Part shown: positions 57,532 to 64,000 of the stretch, in pieces | Layout of the letters: every line of letters starts with the position of its first letter | Numbering within the stretch: position 1 is the stretch's first letter | From: Nemertoderma westbladi | Lineage: Eukaryota; Animalia; Xenacoelomorpha | DNA length: 64,000 nt | Assembly: GCA_032718475.1 (NCBI GenBank) | Contig: JAUCBJ010001772.1 | Coordinates: 8,254 to 72,253 of the forward strand | Direction of reading: 5' to 3' | Made by a program: the position numbers and the translations under genes | Notes under the pieces: generated by a model | What the model saw: only the letters and a program-made list of their open reading frames with translations | Told to the model about the DNA's origin: nothing | The model's database searches: none

Positions 57532-58396
57532 GTATTAGAATTTGGAGAGGAAATTGTGGATGTGACTATAATTCGAAATATAAATATTAATTATATAAGT
57601 AGATGTGTATAATAAGGAAGACAATGCGAGCGGAAATTTTCTAGCAATGCGAGCGGGAATATAATACTTTAATTAAACTGATGGTTTTACATTACCGGGT
57701 CTGTATAACTCAATTGGTAAAGTTGTCGTTTATTGTTTTGGTTAGAAAAGCCAGCCTCTGTGACCTAGTCATCCTTTCCCTCAATTGGAAATGTGATAAT
57801 TTATTGTTTTGGTTAGAAAACCCTTCGCTGAACGTGGTCCTTTTCCTCAATTGGTAAAGGGAGATTGATAATTTATTGTTTTGTTTATAAAATATCGCCT
57901 CTGTGGGTGGGGTAACCTGCTCAACCTTTCCCTCAATTTGTAATTGTTTTTGGTTAGAAAATGAGTATTTTATATTGTTACAGTCATATTTAAATCGACT
58001 ACCGAGAACATTCAGGGTTATTAACTTTTAGAGTCTTTAGAGGCATAGGGTAATCTATCGATTAGTCCAGAAATCATAAAATTTTGTATGTTTTGTAAAG
58101 CAACATATTCCTGTGTTCCCATATTGCCTGATCAGCTGTACACTGTACAGTGGGCTGGGCTACCTGGCTGGCTACCATGAACTGCAGTACTGATGTACAG
58201 GTGTATTTCCGATTCCACATTCCAGGCATCCGGGCATTCAGCAGTTCTGACAGTCTGAAGTTCAGAAAAAGTGTTGCCAATTGTTTTACCGGTACCGGTA
58301 CTGCGGTAGGTTTGACGAAATTAATTTTTGAATAGAACCTTACAAAATATAGAAATCAGGAAATATAGAAATATACTCGTAAATAAACTGATAAAT

Positions 58397-60133
58397 ATGA
58401 GTGAATACACAGAATTGGATAGCAGCAACCAGAGTACGCCTCTGATAGTTCCGGAGGGTCGTAGAAAATCCCGCCAAATGAAGAACGTGTTGGTCAACGT
58501 GCCCGACACGTCTGGGGACGTTTCCTCCCAGAACGACCTCCAAGCACCGGAACCGACCCAACCCAAACACCGCCTCCCGTATCACATGCCCCCCCAACCA
58601 GACGCAATCAGCATCACCTCGACGCACAGACGCCATTCCGCTGCAGATCTCGCGTCCATCCAACGCTACCGGTACTACAACCGACTAACCAACCCCAGCA
58701 CCGCGGAACGCCACCGTCTCGTAATGCCTGACCACGTGATCCCTCGAGAATTCTTTGTAAAGTTCCTCAATCTCTCGGCAACCCCTGGAACTCAGACCTC
58801 GGTAGTCACTATATTCGCTATGTGGAACACAATGTTAGGAACATCTACTCTAAGTCTTCCGTGGGCAGTTGGACAGTCTGGCTTCAGTGGCGGTATCATC
58901 ATCATCTTTCTCACAGCCATCCTCACTTTCTACACCGCTAACATCGTATTAAAATCCACAAACGCGCTTCCAAGTAAACCATCTAACTCCGGGATGGGGG
59001 GTAACGACGATTTTGTAGATTTCTCCGATGTTTGTAAGAAGTTTATGGGACCTGTAGGGGAGGCCGCCTCTATAATCTTCTCTCTAATCACTCTACTGGG
59101 GTCCACATCCGCTTTCTGGGTCCTTATGAGTAACTTCCTCTATAACATAGTCCTCTTCTCTTACAAGTCTGCAGTCACGGGGGGATCCAATGTGCGATCC
59201 ATCAATCAATGGACGGATTCCTACTGCCCTGGTGCCACTAACGCCTCCGGTAACGGTACCGTCAACCTATCCGACCACATCGACCCCAATGGCGTCCAAT
59301 TCGCCGCCATCTGGTCCAACCCTGAAACTGTCCCCTTCTTCCTTGTCCTCCTAATCTTCCCGCTTGTCAACCTCAAATCCCCGACTTTCTTCACAAAATT
59401 CAACTCACTTGGCACCGTCTCAGTCGCATTCATCGTCCTTTTAATCGCTGTTAAATCTATCTTCTGGGGAATCAACTTTGACTTTGACATCTCCGGTCAA
59501 CCTCAGAACGTCCCAGAGATTACCTCGAAGTTCACCGTGCTCACCGGCATAATGTCCCTCGCTCTCTTCTCCCATAACACCGTCATACCTATAGCCCGAA
59601 ACCAACGCAACCCCGAGAATAACTCCCGGGACCTGTTCATATCTTACCTACTAGCCGCTCTCACTTACATGTACGTAGGCGGCATTTTCTACGTCGCATT
59701 TCCCGAACAGAAGTCATGCATCGCTTCTAACTTCCTAGATAACTTTCTTCCTTCTGACATCCTCGCCTTTATAGCTCGCCTATGTCTTCTCTTCCAGATG
59801 CTTACTGTCTTCCCACTATTGCTGTACATCTTTCGCATTCAGTTCCTCTACGCAGTTTTTAAGAACATCTACCCGAGTATATTCCACGTGTTGGTCCTTA
59901 ACGTTGTTCTCGTTGGATTCTGCTGCACCATCGCTCGCTTCGTTCCCGATATTGGGACCATCATCAGGTTCTCCGGCGCTTTCTGCGGACTCGCTTATGT
60001 CGCCGCTCTTCCCTGTCTGGTTTATATTCTCGATCAGAGGGAGAAAGGCACTTTAACTTACTTCAAACTCATCGTTCATTGTCTCATTATTGTCGTGGCA
60101 GTTGCAAACTTTGTCGCTCAATTTTTTATATAA
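58397..60133 (+). CDS. SLC38A9: Lysosomal amino-acid transporter/arginine sensor SLC38A9, 578 aa, single coding exon
   Basis: First ATG at 58397. N-terminal RYRYYNRL and PDHVIP motifs; SVVTIFAMWNTMLGTSTLSLPW, WVLMSNFLYN, KSPTFFTKFNSLGTVSV, PENNSRDL, CIASNFLDNF, FQMLTVFPLL, IGTIIRFSGAFCGL are family-diagnostic. Confidence 0.95.
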   Translation: MSEYTELDSSNQSTPLIVPEGRRKSRQMKNVLVNVPDTSGDVSSQNDLQAPEPTQPKHRLPYHMPPQPDAISITSTHRRHSAADLASIQRYRYYNRLTNPSTAERHRLVMPDHVIPREFFVKFLNLSATPGTQTSVVTIFAMWNTMLGTSTLSLPWAVGQSGFSGGIIIIFLTAILTFYTANIVLKSTNALPSKPSNSGMGGNDDFVDFSDVCKKFMGPVGEAASIIFSLITLLGSTSAFWVLMSNFLYNIVLFSYKSAVTGGSNVRSINQWTDSYCPGATNASGNGTVNLSDHIDPNGVQFAAIWSNPETVPFFLVLLIFPLVNLKSPTFFTKFNSLGTVSVAFIVLLIAVKSIFWGINFDFDISGQPQNVPEITSKFTVLTGIMSLALFSHNTVIPIARNQRNPENNSRDLFISYLLAALTYMYVGGIFYVAFPEQKSCIASNFLDNFLPSDILAFIARLCLLFQMLTVFPLLLYIFRIQFLYAVFKNIYPSIFHVLVLNVVLVGFCCTIARFVPDIGTIIRFSGAFCGLAYVAALPCLVYILDQREKGTLTYFKLIVHCLIIVVAVANFVAQFFI

Positions 60134-63100
60134 ATTTTAAATTCCCTGAAGAATGAAGTAAATGTACAGTATGCTTTTCATTCTTCATGTAAGTTGTAAT
60201 GTTTTGGTTGTTTTGATCGCCAAATTAAGCTTCAGTGAGTCTGACTTCTGACACACCACATCCCTTTTGTAACTTATTCATAAGGGCCGTTTTTTGTCAA
60301 CATGTTTTGCCATTGATCTCCAAATGCGAGGATTACTTATATTTATTTATAGTCTCAGTTTGGTAAAACTTTGATAACTAAATTCGTACACTTACATGAA
60401 CGAAGTTCACTTTATTTAAGAAGTAATTTTGCCTTAATCTGTAATCTGATTAACTGAGTGCCTGACTTGCAGTCTGATGATGCCTCCCCTTCCCAGGATT
60501 GGTCTCAAAGAATTTCCTATAGTAATTTGGTGCTATTAATATTATTATTTATTATAACCGATCATTTATTTAACAGCACGTTATGAAAAATGTGACGCCG
60601 GTTTGAGGTACTATTAGATTGTTGGGTGCCCGAGCGAAGCGAGGGGAGTAAAGTAGACGAGTTTATTATTCTGGAAAATTTGTTTTTACGCCACGAATAA
60701 CTAATTTGGTTTTCAAATAGATTGTTCAACATTTAATGTATAAATTATATTGTTGTACTATGGCCATGTAGCTATTTATAGCCAAGATTGAAACATAATA
60801 ATGCTATAATATATTAAGGAACATACTGTATGTGATCGACTTGCAATTCTATGAGTTTTCCCATACATAAATCATGATTATTGGTAACTACGTATTCAGT
60901 TACGTTATTCTGTTATTATAATAAATCACCAATTTATATTGGTTCAGGTTTCAGGGCATTGCTAACTGTAGGTTAAACACCCATGGAGGTTTAAAGCGTT
61001 GCTGTTAACTAATACGACTAATGATAATGGTTATAGCTTTTGCAATAATATTCTGTGAAGTTGTACAGTAAGTAATAAACAATATTAGATTGTATTATAT
61101 TATTACTTTAAGTATTTTTAATTGATATGAATGTATTTTGTATGTCTTCCACTACCTTATTCATTGTTCATAATAATTTTTATAGTACTTAATTTTTAAT
61201 TCAAAGCACAATATTGCAGTATAACTTGGAGCAGCACATTATTATATCAATTCCTAATTTGTTATGTGATTAATACCATTATTTATATATTAAATGAATT
61301 GTAATAAATTATATTTTAATTATGATATTATATTTAATCTCTACACCCCCAATGGGGTAACTGGTAAGACTGTGGATCACATAATTAAAATTAAAATATA
61401 CATTAAATTATTAGTAATTTTACAGTTAAAATCAAGGGCTTATTTATTAATTGTGCTTGGATTGGGGCTAGCCACTATAGTTAGTATTACTATAATTAAA
61501 CCGGGAAAGAGAAAATAAAGAGTTCATAAAATTTGAGGTTTCAAGACTTTATTAATTGAGGTCAGTTTACCTTGTATGTCATCCTTAGTAGTGATTTTTT
61601 TAATGTAATATCAACTAAATATAAAAAAATTATAATTGCGGTAAATATATATTATATATTTACTGCAATTATAATTTTTTTCGGTTCTCATTCCTCCCTA
61701 TTGCAGGAAGTTCTAATAGACACATGTTGATCCATTTGAATTCATCTTCCGATTATATTATAATTTCTTCTGTAAAACCATCGCATCAGCTTCAATAGAC
61801 AACCTTCCTAAATTTTCTTCCCTTTTCCATTAAAAGTTAGAGTTGACAAACAAGTCTGGTATTAACTACCTAAACACAAACTACACGACACTTAATACAA
61901 ACAATTGCTACTTGAATAGCTAATGTGTTTGTTTTTATAAATGGACACATCTGAGTGCCAGATGATTCATTAGCTTTACTATAACCATTGCCACTGTATG
62001 TGGTTGTTTTTAGATTGATTTAAACAAATTAATACCACTTGTACTTTTGTCTGTGGTCTCATGATGGATCAAGGCCGTCTTATAATTTATGTGGATGTTA
62101 TTTTATATCATAAAAAATGTCTACAACATGAAATTATCTGTGATCAACTTTCGATCATTTCTCTTGTAGAAGAAATTGATTCAATCAAAGGTACCCAATG
62201 AAAAGAAAATTAACGGTGTAATATATTTATTGAGTCCTTTGCTTTTCATCCATTTACAATTACAATATATATATATTAATTGACTATGAAATCAAACATT
62301 ATTTATTAACTGTGCTGATTAGGCCTAAATAAACCTTTTTTAGTAAATATTTCCTAAACTTAAGAGACGAAACTTACAGTAAATAATAAAAGCCAAATAA
62401 TAAATGTTTTACGTACAAGCACAATAAGGTTACTTTACTATGTAAAATACTTTTTCTTACACCCTAGAGTTTACTCTTTTTCACCCTAAATTCCTTACTC
62501 CAGTTTGTTGATTTTGGTTGCTCACAACTGCCTCTCTAAAACCTACCTTTCACCAACCTTGACACTGCAATACACCATGTCCTGGAATATAGTGTCGTTA
62601 TTGTGGTACATGGACCCCCCCCCCCCCCAAATTTTTCTAGAAATCGTAATGAGATTGCATGAAATTTGAAACAGAGTTAGTTTCATCTCCCTCCTCCTTA
62701 CTGGGTGAGCCAGAATTTTTATTTTTGCTTTCAATCTTTAGCTACAAGCGTTTAAAAAAAGTGTCTCCATCGATATTGCACCAGTTACACCGCAGTTATT
62801 CTTCAACGATATAGTGATTTGTTGGTACTAGTGGAAAGCTGACTGTGCAACGATTCCAAATTTGTAAAAATATTAGAATTTGGTTGGAAAATAGCGGAGA
62901 TATGGGCATTCGAAATTTGCATGTACTTGCTACCACTGCAGGTCATTTTTTCTATTAAATAAATACACAATGTTCTAGAACATTTTGTTTATCTCATAAG
63001 TAGCTTGGCAACAATCTAATGCCTACATGATAATACTAGTATAAGGATATAAAAAATACGATATACGAAGGCTATAAAATTTCGCCGTGGCGGTCGTCTC

Positions 63101-63139
63101 GCCCACGACGATAAACTTTATTATAATGGAAATCTAATA

Positions 63140-63760
63140 CAGTTTGTCAACTCATTTAATTATCTGGGGGTCGTGCTCGGAACTAAGAACACATCTTTTG
63201 GTCACTATAATCACCTATACCACCGAGAAATTGCTTCGTGCATGCGTTTAGCCACATCAGTTGAACTAGCCGCCATATCAATTGAATCCGTTAGGAAACT
63301 TTGGTCCCTTGTAGTGTTTCCAGCATCCAGCTACGGTTGTTTAATATTTTCAGACGCCACTCAAGAACAGTTACTCGAGCTGGAACATATAAGAAAATGC
63401 CGAGGTTTTTTCTGGAAGCTCTGGTGTGGTGTTAGTAAATTTTCATCCACGACTAATATTTTACGAGCCGTTGCGACTGCCCGACGCATCCCCATCTTTG
63501 GAAAATCTAACTCTCAAAAGGCGACCGTGCTGCCGCGCAATTCCTATCGAACGGATTTCACCACAAGATTTGCAACAAAAAATCATGTTGGCGTCCTGAT
63601 GAGATCTGTGTTTGTCGCTATTGCGGTAATACAGCTGCTGAGATGGATGTCCTCGATTGCCATGAATTCTCTAACATTGCCTCAGCCATGACGCTTGCTG
63701 TTAAATCTGTAAATTATACAATGCCCTTTAGAGTTAATTTCAGACATCCCGTATTTTATA
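63140..63760 (+). mobile_element. Non-LTR retrotransposon ORF2 3' fragment (decayed)
   Basis: FNYLGVVLG...LWSLVVFPASSYG...FWKLWCGVSKFSST; an alternative frame gives a Cys/His-rich C-terminus (HHKIC...CVCRYCG...C). Confidence 0.55.
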
Positions 63761-64000
63761 TATCTATTATTTACTAATTTAATTTAATTTACTTATCTAT
63801 TTGTTATATAGTGGTACTTCTATTTAATTGTCAAGCAGTGAAGTAAAACCTTACCGGTAGGTATGCAGTACAAATGAAACAGTAAAAAAGCAACTGACCT
63901 GTAGACGTTGCATGCAATTAGTGATCAGCTGATACCTACCGGTAAGGTTTTTACTTCATTGCTTGACAATTAAATAAAAGTACCACTATATGTATATTGC

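Noticed and set aside
58328-58396. TTG-initiated N-terminal extension of SLC38A9 in the ORF track
   Set aside because: Eukaryotic gene; the first ATG is at 58397.
60948-61760. Possible small secreted-protein gene (MIMVIAFAIIFCEVV followed by GTAAGT; acceptor near 61706)
   Set aside because: The joined frame stops almost immediately and I recognise no homology.

Overview
AT-rich, intron-containing eukaryotic DNA, most likely from an invertebrate animal. I reconstructed five protein-coding genes by hand: the 3' end of DPH7/WDR85 (+), a five-exon Rnd-like atypical Rho GTPase (+), a complete nine-exon SPAG6/PF16 (-, 510 aa), a four-exon NHL-repeat protein (-) and an SLC38A9 with an intronless CDS (+). 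Between them lie decayed LINE fragments (RTE, L2, CR1, Penelope-like), tRNA-derived SINEs, MITE-like DNA elements and several large minisatellites. The main observation is that the intronic tandem arrays in SPAG6 and the Rho gene are not generic satellites. Each unit is a copy of that intron's own exon/splice-site junction: 60 bp x~170, 20 bp x~255 and 32 bp x~8.6 in SPAG6, 44 bp x4 in the Rho gene, plus a degenerate acceptor-derived array. One pre-mRNA therefore carries hundreds of decoy 5' splice sites. All coordinates and copy numbers were read by eye and may be off by a few bases; no database searches were run.
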